From Promethearchaeota archaeon (GTDB taxonomy: Archaea > Asgardarchaeota > Lokiarchaeia > Sigyniarchaeales > SOKP01), in contig JBHLOY010000006.1 of the NCBI GenBank assembly GCA_048939995.1, positions 149,622 to 213,621 on the forward strand: a DNA stretch of 64,000 nucleotides, read 5' to 3'. This document shows, one piece after another, positions 39,701 through 48,580 of this stretch. A program made the translations under genes and the position numbers. The notes under the pieces were generated by a model. That model searched no databases. It saw only the letters and a program-made list of their open reading frames with translations, and was not told the DNA's origin. Positions within the stretch are counted from its first letter, which is position 1, and each line of letters opens with the position of its first letter.

Positions 39701-40831
39701 TTAATTTTTTTTCCTTAGAAAGTGTGAATAGATAATTAAATAATTCTTTACGCTAATTATTCTAGGATTTCTTCTATAGGTAGATGATATAGGAGCACTA
39801 CACCTTGAACAGAGATTGGATGTTTGCATCCAATCTTTAAATTCATCCGCATGTGCGGGATATCTGCAGTTTGGGCATATTACTATCCCTCTCCCTCTAT
39901 CATCCGGAAGTTTTGGTAATTTAAAACAAAAAATACATTTAAAATCTTCTACTGAGAGATATGATGCTTTTGGCTTATATCTCGATAAATCACGAGCTTT
40001 AACTCTTTTAGTTTGAGTACTCGTTTTTGTCTTAGTTCTAGTTGTTTTTCTAACGGTTGTTGGTGTTCTTCTTATAGTTGTACGTGTAGTAGTTCTAGTT
40101 AAGGGATTAGGTCTGGATGATGTATTTCGCCTTCTAGATGAATTTAAAGTGGATGGAGAAGTTAATGAATTCAGTTGTCTCGTACGTTGTGTGATATATT
40201 CACGAGTTAATGTTGGTAAGGATTGTTTCGAACCAACAAATCCAAAAATAATAAGTATTAATAAGGTTGTAATAAGTAGTATCAAAAGATTAAGGTTTAA
40301 AGAAAAATGAAGCGGGATTAGGAGAGAATTATAAAAAACATTAACCGAATAAAAACCTATCCAATATATTATAATAAAAAGAAGAACTATGAAAGCTAAG
40401 ATATAACCTAATCTTCTCGCATTTATTGATTTTGTACCAAAATATATTACATTAAATTTCTTAAAACAACGATAGAGTGAATAAGAACCGTACAATACAT
40501 ATGGAAATCCAAAAATAATACTCCACCAACTAAAATATAAACTTGAACCCTCAATTAAGTTTTCACCTAACACGCCAGTAAAGTAGCCCCAGATAGAATA
40601 AAAAATCCCAATAAATAATGGAATAATTACAAAAAATGCAGTATTGTGGGGAGAATTAAATTCTCTATGACGTTTTACATTTTCTAAAATCTTAAACGTA
40701 ATAATGATCCATAAACCAATCAGTGGCCAACTAAAAAAAATATTTAAAGAGAAGGTGATAAGGAAACCATGGATTATCCCGATTATTAAAAATATAATAA
40801 CTACAATTAATAAAAACTTATTTTTAACCAC
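39701..40831 (-). CDS. Multi-pass membrane protein with C-terminal RING-variant domain (putative E3 ligase)
   Basis: About 6 TM segments, Thr/Arg/Ser-rich linker, CIFC-x16-CPNC-x4-H-x2-E-x3-W-x6-CSRC; last gene of the Ubl operon. Confidence 0.7.
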   Translation of the reverse strand: MVKNKFLLIVVIIFLIIGIIHGFLITFSLNIFFSWPLIGLWIIITFKILENVKRHREFNSPHNTAFFVIIPLFIGIFYSIWGYFTGVLGENLIEGSSLYFSWWSIIFGFPYVLYGSYSLYRCFKKFNVIYFGTKSINARRLGYILAFIVLLFIIIYWIGFYSVNVFYNSLLIPLHFSLNLNLLILLITTLLILIIFGFVGSKQSLPTLTREYITQRTRQLNSLTSPSTLNSSRRRNTSSRPNPLTRTTTRTTIRRTPTTVRKTTRTKTKTSTQTKRVKARDLSRYKPKASYLSVEDFKCIFCFKLPKLPDDRGRGIVICPNCRYPAHADEFKDWMQTSNLCSRCSAPISSTYRRNPRIISVKNYLIIYSHFLRKKN

Positions 40832-40863
40832 AGTTTAACAATCACCAATTATAAAATAAATCA

Positions 40864-41694
40864 TTATTCATCATATTCTAAATAAACCGGGTTCCCTTGA
40901 ATTATTGGATTCATAAACTCCAAAATTTCAGGGAGCATCCTAATATCCAATGAGCCTTTAATACCATACACTAATGGATACCACGTTTTTGTTTTCAAAT
41001 CAGCATGGTAAATCTCAAAACCAGCTGATGTTCCATCAATAAGGTATGGGTCAATAACCAGTGCTACAGCTTTATCCCAAAGGGTTTGATATCTCGATTG
41101 AGTACCAATATCCTCATTACTCATAAAACAACCATAAGATGGATGACTGTGTGCCCATCCACAAATAAATAACTTCTCTTTTTTAATATCTCGAAATGCT
41201 CTTGCATAATTCTTATAATCTTTTATTTCAGCATACACAGCTGTTCCATGCCCCATCGGATAATAATCTTCAATATGTAAAATGCTTTTTTGATTGTCTA
41301 ATTTACCTGCAAGTAATCCTATTACTTCTACCCAATTCTTTCTTGGAATTTTTGAATTGGCATATTTAAGTGCATGGCTTGCCACCTTTAATATTGCTTT
41401 AACTGAAATGTATACTTCTGCTTCGAGGTCATTCACAGGAATAACTTTTGGTGCTTCTTTCGTTATTACTTCGATAGGTGTTTCAGTAGTTGAATGTTTT
41501 ATAGATTGTTTCCCAAGTGTACTTTTAGACATCATATTACTAATTTCATTTACTAATTCTTTTTCTTCTAATTTCAATTCTTCATAGATTTCATTAAGTA
41601 ACTCTTTTTTAATTATTTCCTTAATTTTACCCTTTATTTCTTCTTTGATAGATTCTCTGTTCAAGTTTTTTTCACTCATTTTACTGTTCACCAT
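40864..41694 (-). CDS. JAMM/MPN+ isopeptidase (Rpn11/Csn5-like)
   Basis: EVIGLL, GWAHSHPSYGCFMSNEDIGTQ, ALVIDP. Confidence 0.9.
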   Translation of the reverse strand: MVNSKMSEKNLNRESIKEEIKGKIKEIIKKELLNEIYEELKLEEKELVNEISNMMSKSTLGKQSIKHSTTETPIEVITKEAPKVIPVNDLEAEVYISVKAILKVASHALKYANSKIPRKNWVEVIGLLAGKLDNQKSILHIEDYYPMGHGTAVYAEIKDYKNYARAFRDIKKEKLFICGWAHSHPSYGCFMSNEDIGTQSRYQTLWDKAVALVIDPYLIDGTSAGFEIYHADLKTKTWYPLVYGIKGSLDIRMLPEILEFMNPIIQGNPVYLEYDE

Positions 41695-42215
41695 TTCCTA
41701 TTAGCATACTTTTTCACTAAATTTGTAACTTTTTTCTCAAAAAATTTTGGATCTTTCATCATTTCGATAGCTGCTTTTTTATTAAAAACGTCTGTTGGAT
41801 TTACAAATTTGCCTCGTGTATTTAACATAGCAATTATTGCCTGAACGACCGTAACAGCTGTTTTCGAAGGACTCCATCCACCTTTTTGACCAATTAGCGA
41901 GGGATCTACCAACGCTAAGCAAATATTCCTCTGACCTTTATATTCATTTGGTTTTGGCCAAAAATTTGGGTGCCAAATAGGAGTATGCATTCTTACGAAA
42001 GGTGGTTGTTTTGGATATTGAGCAGGGAATTTCATTTCTAATTTAAAAAGGCCACCTGAATAGGCAGTACCTTTAGGACCTTTAATTGTTATTGCTAAGT
42101 GATCAATACTTTTTTTTTTAGGATTAAATGGAACTAACTGCACAAGATTCCCCTCTTTAAGCATCTTTTTTAATCCTGCAAAATCTCGGGAAATACGACT
42201 ACTTCTTATACTCAT
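41688..42215 (-). CDS. Ubiquitin-conjugating enzyme E2
   Basis: GPKGTAYSGGLF, FPAQYPKQPP, IWHPN, catalytic Cys in NICL, WSPS. Confidence 0.92.
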   Translation of the reverse strand: MSIRSSRISRDFAGLKKMLKEGNLVQLVPFNPKKKSIDHLAITIKGPKGTAYSGGLFKLEMKFPAQYPKQPPFVRMHTPIWHPNFWPKPNEYKGQRNICLALVDPSLIGQKGGWSPSKTAVTVVQAIIAMLNTRGKFVNPTDVFNKKAAIEMMKDPKFFEKKVTNLVKKYANRKW

Positions 42216-42317
42216 ATTCTCAATCCTTTTAGTTTCTTTAATTTCATATTAATAATTTTCTCTTTTATAAGTATCTATTTCTATAAATGTTATAAAAAAT
42301 ACAATTTAATTATGAAC

Positions 42318-43550
42318 TTATTTTAATTTTAGAGTAACATAAATTTCTCCGCCCTTAAATCCTGCAACAGTAATAAATTCATAATTTCTTAAACCATTTT
42401 CAATTGGATTCTTTTCTAAATCTATCACTTTGATATCATTAAAATCCAATAAAGTTAGTATAGGTTCAAAATCACTTTCCAATTCAAATCCGTTTTTCTG
42501 TAATGTTTTAATTATATTTAAGCATGGTGATTGAGTTTTCATTCTTATTGACACTCGTCGAACGTTTTTACCACATTGAGAACATTCTAGATTCCTTGGT
42601 TTTTCAATATGGTAGAATTTCATTGTCATTGCATTAAATATCACATAATTCTTAATTGGTTCTCCTAATCCTTTATGACCTTTATTCCAATGAAGGATCT
42701 TTACAGCTTCATGAGATTGTAAAGCAGAAATAACTGCATTTATAGTTATTATCCCAGGATCATGTCTATCAAGAATTTTCACTATATCATCTTCAGTAAA
42801 TTCGGGTAAGAAATCATGTTTAATTACTAATTCATTTGCAACCTTTTGAATAAACTTTATCTCATTTAGATCTTTTGGATTTGGATCTCTATCAAATTTT
42901 TCTTTAAAGGCCATGTCTCCCTTAAAAACGCAATGAATTCTCTTTCGAGGTATTCCAACTACAGTACATGCTGCCATCTCATCGCTTTCTCCAATAGGTA
43001 AAGGATTACATTCATAACAAGCATTCTGATATGGGAAGATTGTATATATATGACCATGATAGCCAGATACTCCACCATCTACCAAGGGTTTTCTAAATCT
43101 TATACATTGAGCATTTAAGTTTAAGCGTGCATTCATTGAATCAAGACCTCCAATAACAACATCAGCCATTTGATAAACTAAAGGATCTAATCGCTCAAGT
43201 GAAGTGTGATATCCCTTAACAATTATATTAGGATTTATTTCTGTTAATTTTTTAGCAGCTGCAATTGCTTTTGGTGCTCCAATCTTTACCCCTGTAAAAA
43301 GGATTTGTCGGTTTAAGTTGGAATGCTCTATGATATCTAAATCCACTAGATCTAGATGACCGACACCCAACATAGCTAAGTTCTTAGCAATTTCACACCC
43401 TAAGCCTCCTACACCCGCAATTAGTATTCTTGAGTTCTTTACTAATTTCTGAGACCATCCTTCAAGTCGAAATTGGCGATCATACAAACCTCTTTCTTCA
43501 GCTGACATATTTTTGTCAAAAAACTCTGATTTTTTATCCATTAATATCAC
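42318..43550 (-). CDS. Ubiquitin-like activating enzyme E1 (Uba3/Uba2-like)
   Basis: YDRQ, GVGGLGCEIAKNL, SNLNRQ, CYEC, catalytic ACTVVGIPR...HC, CSQC. Confidence 0.9.
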   Translation of the reverse strand: MILMDKKSEFFDKNMSAEERGLYDRQFRLEGWSQKLVKNSRILIAGVGGLGCEIAKNLAMLGVGHLDLVDLDIIEHSNLNRQILFTGVKIGAPKAIAAAKKLTEINPNIIVKGYHTSLERLDPLVYQMADVVIGGLDSMNARLNLNAQCIRFRKPLVDGGVSGYHGHIYTIFPYQNACYECNPLPIGESDEMAACTVVGIPRKRIHCVFKGDMAFKEKFDRDPNPKDLNEIKFIQKVANELVIKHDFLPEFTEDDIVKILDRHDPGIITINAVISALQSHEAVKILHWNKGHKGLGEPIKNYVIFNAMTMKFYHIEKPRNLECSQCGKNVRRVSIRMKTQSPCLNIIKTLQKNGFELESDFEPILTLLDFNDIKVIDLEKNPIENGLRNYEFITVAGFKGGEIYVTLKLK

Positions 43551-43621
43551 CTTTAATAAATAAAAGAAAAAAAGGGGCTAATTGCCCTTAATTTATATTT
43601 TATGAAGAAAAATATAAAAAT

Positions 43622-43948
43622 TTACCCGGCAGTACTTGCTGGGATTAAAAGAATATCGTCACCATCACTTAGATTATAGTCTCCTAATTGACTGTCTTCT
43701 TCCATAGTTACACCACCAGATGATAAATGAAATTCATCAGGATCAAGTCCGAATAGATTACCTAAGGTTTGTTTGACATCATTTACACGATTAGCATCAT
43801 TCACGGTTAACTTTTCCTTCTTTTCACCAGGTCCGATAGTTGACATAAAGTATAAAGTTAATTTTTTTCCTGTCGCAGGGGTTTTGGATATTGGTGTTTT
43901 AGATTTAACCGGTTCTAAATCTTCATCAAAATCATCTTTAAAACTCAT
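43622..43948 (-). CDS. Ubiquitin-like protein 1 (C-terminus STAG)
   Basis: Beta-grasp pattern VNDVKQTL...FHLSSGGVTMEEDSQLGDYNLSDGDDILLIP; directly upstream of E1. Confidence 0.85.
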   Translation of the reverse strand: MSFKDDFDEDLEPVKSKTPISKTPATGKKLTLYFMSTIGPGEKKEKLTVNDANRVNDVKQTLGNLFGLDPDEFHLSSGGVTMEEDSQLGDYNLSDGDDILLIPASTAG

Positions 43949-44222
43949 TTATATCACTCCTTTTTTATTTTTTTAATTGGTTTATTTTTTTTATTTAACT
44001 TAATAAAATTGCATTAAAATGATATTATAAAACCAATTGGAATGATTTTGAATTTTTTTTATCATCTTCTTAAGAAAAAATAGGATTAAGTTAGTATCCT
44101 TTTAAGATATATCTATAAATTAAATGAATCTCTAATAATATATATAAGCTTGAAAAGATCGTTTTAGAAAGAAGATTTGATTGTAAAAATCAAAACTAAA
44201 AACAAAATTAAAATTAAACTTC

Positions 44223-44897
44223 ATGAATTCTCCAGATAATGTTGATTCCATTGTTCTCGAGTTAGTAAAAGAATATCTAAATAAGAAGGTCTTCTTTTCA
44301 TTAGAAGATATTATTACTTTTATTAATTATAGATCAAGAGCTTATCCCTACTTAAATAGAAATATGATAGAGAAAATATTAAAAAAACTAATCAAAAAAC
44401 GAATATTGATTCCTGGAACAAAATTAATGAAGAATAATATTATTGAACATCCTATAAGAAATGAAATATACAATTATATTAAGACAAATCCATCAAATAT
44501 TAATGAGATCATGAAAGCTATAAATATTGGAGGTAATCAAACTCTATGGCATTTATCATGCTTAGAAAAATTCCAATTTACACGATCAAGAAAGATTGAT
44601 AATCAACGAATTGTTTTTGAATATGATTCAAATCCTGAATTAGATGAACTTTATTATTATCTTAACCAAGATATCGTAAAGGAAATAATTGAATTGATGA
44701 AGATTGAAAATAAAAAATTGAAGTTGACAAAAATCGCAAACGACTTGAAAAAGAACTATAACACAGTTAAAAAATACCTTAAGATTTTAACTAATTTAAA
44801 AATAATAAAAGCTGAGAAGGAAAATAAAAGAGTCTTATTTAAAATAGATTTAGAAGAATACCGTAATATTATCAAATTAATAAATAAATCAGAATGA
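44223..44897 (+). CDS. Tandem winged-helix DNA-binding protein
   Basis: RNEIYNYIKTNP...WHLSCLEKF and LTKIANDLKKNYNTVKKYL HTH patterns. Confidence 0.7.
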   Translation: MNSPDNVDSIVLELVKEYLNKKVFFSLEDIITFINYRSRAYPYLNRNMIEKILKKLIKKRILIPGTKLMKNNIIEHPIRNEIYNYIKTNPSNINEIMKAINIGGNQTLWHLSCLEKFQFTRSRKIDNQRIVFEYDSNPELDELYYYLNQDIVKEIIELMKIENKKLKLTKIANDLKKNYNTVKKYLKILTNLKIIKAEKENKRVLFKIDLEEYRNIIKLINKSE

Positions 44898-44974
44898 AAT
44901 TTCAAATTTATACCAATTGAATTTAAATTTAAAATAATCAATTAGAAATTTAGAAAATAGTAAAAGAAAAAACT

Positions 44975-45772
44975 ATGATAAAAAGAACTAGAGTTTTAAG
45001 TATTATTGCTCTTTATACTATTGTCATACTAATTTATATAATGCTTTTGTGGTTAAAAATAGAATATTTCCCTTTTTATCTTTTTTTTACTATTGGTAGT
45101 GTAGCAGCATTATCTACAGGTACTTTTTATATTATAAAAAAATCTAAATTTATCCCTAAAAAAAGGATAACAAGGCCTAAATATATTTCTAAGCAAAAAT
45201 CGTTAAACAAGAATGATAAAAATACACTTGTTGAGGATTATTTTGATGCAATGCCATTAATCGATAAATATGCAAATTCAATAGAATCATATAATGAAAT
45301 ACCTTCAATGGATGATTACATCTTCTCAGTTTTTAAGTCAGAAGAATTGGAGAAAATTAATTGTTTAAATCTTTCTAAAATGGATAAAATCTTTTTCTTA
45401 AGGGAAATGCTGTATTTTTCTCCACAAGAAAGATCACAACTAATAGATGATATGTTGGAAAGTAAAGATAATCCTGATGAACAAATTATTTTCACTCCAC
45501 CTAAAATAAATATTGGCATGCAAGATAGAATAAGAGTCTATGCAAGATCCTTAATAGAACCTGGTGAAAAAACTAAAATAATTATTATTGAGACTTCTGA
45601 ATTTGTAAATGAAATTAAGGAGAAGCTTGGAGTTCTATTTAATTACAATATTGATAATTTTGTACTATCATCTGGAGGTATAATATTACAGGAGAATATA
45701 AAAATAGTTGACTATAACTTAGATGATGATGATGAGATAGCTCTAATTCCTTCTAGAAAAGAAAAAAAATGA
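44975..45772 (+). CDS. Membrane-anchored protein with C-terminal Ubl domain lacking a terminal Gly
   Basis: Two N-terminal TM helices; C-terminal domain aligns with the flanking Ubls (EPGEKTK, FVLSSGG, DYNLDDDDEIALIP) and ends SRKEKK. Confidence 0.75.
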   Translation: MIKRTRVLSIIALYTIVILIYIMLLWLKIEYFPFYLFFTIGSVAALSTGTFYIIKKSKFIPKKRITRPKYISKQKSLNKNDKNTLVEDYFDAMPLIDKYANSIESYNEIPSMDDYIFSVFKSEELEKINCLNLSKMDKIFFLREMLYFSPQERSQLIDDMLESKDNPDEQIIFTPPKINIGMQDRIRVYARSLIEPGEKTKIIIIETSEFVNEIKEKLGVLFNYNIDNFVLSSGGIILQENIKIVDYNLDDDDEIALIPSRKEKK

Positions 45773-45817
45773 TAATTTGACTTTCAATTAACCCTCTATT
45801 TATAGAATGCTATAACT

Positions 45818-46195
45818 CTAACCCGCAGTACTTGCTGGAATCAATAAAATATCATCTCCCTCAGCTACATTATATTCCCCTAATGCGGCATCCTCTTCCA
45901 TAGTGACTCCTCCAGAAGATAAATGAAAATCAGCAGGATCTAGACCAAATAAATTTGCTACGGTCTTCTTTATTTCTCCTACTTTATTTCCTGTATAAAC
46001 TAAAAGCTTTTGCTTTTTCTCTCCGGGGCCTATAGTAGATAAAAAGAATACTGAAATCTTTTTTCCTTCAACAATTGGTTTTACGGCGGGAGTTTTGGTT
46101 TTAACTTCTTCCGTTGGGGTTTTTGTAGAAGGTTCGTCTAAATCTTCGTCTAAATCTTCATCAAAATCTTCATCAAATTCTTCATCAAAACCCAT
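45818..46195 (-). CDS. Ubiquitin-like protein 2 (paralog, C-terminus STAG)
   Basis: Very similar to Ubl1 (STIGPGEKK, FHLSSGGVTMEED, GDDILLIPASTAG); SD AGGTGAT at 46201-46207. Confidence 0.85.
   Translation of the reverse strand: MGFDEEFDEDFDEDLDEDLDEPSTKTPTEEVKTKTPAVKPIVEGKKISVFFLSTIGPGEKKQKLLVYTGNKVGEIKKTVANLFGLDPADFHLSSGGVTMEEDAALGEYNVAEGDDILLIPASTAG
46133..46190. repeat. About 5 copies of a 12-bp coding tandem repeat encoding (F/L)DE(D/E)
   Basis: ttcgtctaaatc x2, ttcatcaaaatc, ttcatcaaattc, ttcatcaaaa. Confidence 0.8.
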
Positions 46196-46371
46196 GATTT
46201 ATCACCTAAATACAGATAATTAAAATAAATTAAACTTTATTCTCAATATATTGTATATAAATAATAATTCTCTTATTATATAAATAAATCATAACTTCTA
46301 CTATTTGGGTACAAAAAGTTTAGAAATATTGCCCATTTATCTATTTAAGAAATAGTATTTATTAACTTACA

Positions 46372-47454
46372 ATGAAAGAAAATAAAATACCTAAATATCA
46401 AATTCGAGAAAAAACACCGGAAGAAGCTTTAGAAATTGTTCCAGATACAAAATTATTAAAACAAATAAAACAAGAAAGAATAAAGCTAAAGAATGAAAAA
46501 GTTGAGTGGGAGAAATTAGTTGAAAAACTTGAAGGTTATAAAGATAACATAAAAGATCTTGAAAAGAAAAGAAAGGAAAAGGAACTTGAAGTCAGAGATC
46601 TTTTAGATCAACATGAAAATTTACAAAATCAATTACAAAAAATGAAAAATGAAATAAAACAACATAAAAATGATTTAAAGTTAAAAGAAAGAGAATTAGA
46701 CCGAAAGAATGCTGAATTAAGTAATTTAAAAGCGGAATTAGAAAGAGATAAAGATGATTTCAGAAAGGAAAAAGAAAGAACAGACGCTCGCATTAAACAA
46801 ATTAAAACTAAAATACCTGGAATGGAAAGACGGGAGGAGGCATTAGAGAGGACCATTGAAAAATTAGAGAATGAATTACTTGGTTTGAGAAATGAAATAA
46901 AAACATTAACCAGAGAAAGAGAGAATTTAAAAAAAGAAATATCTGAAATGAAAAGAGAAATAACGGATGAAAAAAATAGGATTAATGATGACAGAAGAAA
47001 ATTAAATGATGAAAAAGAAAAACTTCGCTACAAAAGAAAAGATCTAAAAGATAAAAGTCGTGAAATAGAAAAGAAAAAATCCGATTTAGAAAAGTTTAGA
47101 GATAAAACTGAAAATGATGTAAAAAATTTGGAACGCAAGAAACGAGAACATGAAGCAAGATTAAATGAGTTAAATAAAAAAGTCCCAAAAGCAGAAAACA
47201 CTTACTTTTCATTAGAACGTAAGATTCGTGAATTGGAGGATAAATATAAAAGATTAAATAATGATCTGAAGCAATTAGAAAAAGAAAAATCAAATCTTAC
47301 CAATGAAAAGGATATGATTCGAAGAGAAAGGGAAAAGTTAGAAAGGGATAAAGAGAGATTTCTTCGAGAAAAAAAGGAATTTGAGATTGAATTACGAAAA
47401 ATTAAAGAGATACCAAAGTATAAAATAAAATCAAAAACTCCTTCAAAATATTAA
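46372..47454 (+). CDS. Long coiled-coil protein
   Basis: 360 aa, almost entirely E/K/R/L heptads; similar motif at both termini. Confidence 0.75.
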   Translation: MKENKIPKYQIREKTPEEALEIVPDTKLLKQIKQERIKLKNEKVEWEKLVEKLEGYKDNIKDLEKKRKEKELEVRDLLDQHENLQNQLQKMKNEIKQHKNDLKLKERELDRKNAELSNLKAELERDKDDFRKEKERTDARIKQIKTKIPGMERREEALERTIEKLENELLGLRNEIKTLTRERENLKKEISEMKREITDEKNRINDDRRKLNDEKEKLRYKRKDLKDKSREIEKKKSDLEKFRDKTENDVKNLERKKREHEARLNELNKKVPKAENTYFSLERKIRELEDKYKRLNNDLKQLEKEKSNLTNEKDMIRREREKLERDKERFLREKKEFEIELRKIKEIPKYKIKSKTPSKY

Positions 47455-47475
47455 TTATTTCATTTCGGGAAACTT

Positions 47476-48507
47476 ATGAAAATTCCAAAAGGAATTGAAG
47501 GAGACTATATTGAAACAAAAAATAATAATCTTTTTTTTGATGTAAAAGGAATTTATCATCCTCATGATCGAAAAATATGCTTTATTCGGTTTTATCCCAG
47601 TTCTGATGGTGACCGCATCAAAAGCGGAAAAAAATATAAAAAAGTTTATGATTTGAATGAAAGATACTCATTTTTAAGAGAAAACTATCCAAAATATCTC
47701 TTTTTTTCTAAGCAGTTTGACATCATGCTTCAAGGCGTTAGAAATGAGGAAATAAAAAGAATTTATACTCCACTTGAATACTATCAAGCACTAAATCAGA
47801 GATCCACAACAAATCACCTTGAAAGCTGTTCAAAAGAATTGTGTAAATTGTTTATTGAAAAAGGAGACTTTCCAAAGAATTCAATTGGTATAACAGGTTC
47901 TCAAATGATTGGACTATGTAAAGAACATTCTGATATTGATTTAATAATATATGGAACTGAAATAAGTCGCAATTTTCAGGAAAAACTAGCAACTATTTTA
48001 AGTACTAGTAAGTACTGTAGGAAATTCTCTCAGCAAGAATATCTCACTCATTATGAGTGGAGAGTAGGAGGTTCAAATATACCATTTGATAAGTTTTTAA
48101 AATATGAAAGACGAAAATTGCATCAGGGTATGTATAAGGGATTTGAATTCTTTATTAGATACCTTAAAAGTCCTAGTGATTGGAAAGGAACCTATTATGA
48201 TTTTTTATATAAGAATATGGGTAGAATAGAACTTGAAGCAAAAATTGTTGATGATGCGAATGGGATTTTTACACCTTGTTCATATAAAATAAAGCTATTA
48301 AAAATTAATAAAACTGATATAGACGAAATTAATCAAGATCAAATTAATGAAGTATCTTCTTACAGAGGAAGATTCTGTGAGCAAGCTATTAAAGGAGAGA
48401 TAGTTCTAGTCACAGGTAAATTGGAAAAGGTCATTTTTAGAAGGAACAAAGAATATTATAGAGTCTTACTGACGGATCAGTCACAAGATACAATGATTTT
48501 AAAATAG
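47476..48507 (+). CDS. Archaeal nucleotidyltransferase-domain protein (COG1665-like)
   Basis: IGITGSQMIG...SDIDLIIYG Pol-beta NTase motif; VKGIYHP; C-terminal VTGKLE. Confidence 0.75.
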   Translation: MKIPKGIEGDYIETKNNNLFFDVKGIYHPHDRKICFIRFYPSSDGDRIKSGKKYKKVYDLNERYSFLRENYPKYLFFSKQFDIMLQGVRNEEIKRIYTPLEYYQALNQRSTTNHLESCSKELCKLFIEKGDFPKNSIGITGSQMIGLCKEHSDIDLIIYGTEISRNFQEKLATILSTSKYCRKFSQQEYLTHYEWRVGGSNIPFDKFLKYERRKLHQGMYKGFEFFIRYLKSPSDWKGTYYDFLYKNMGRIELEAKIVDDANGIFTPCSYKIKLLKINKTDIDEINQDQINEVSSYRGRFCEQAIKGEIVLVTGKLEKVIFRRNKEYYRVLLTDQSQDTMILK

Positions 48508-48580
48508 ACTCAATTTATATTATTCTAAAAAAATAAGAAGAATCAATAATTAAAATTTATAGAACTAATAAAAAAAAAAT

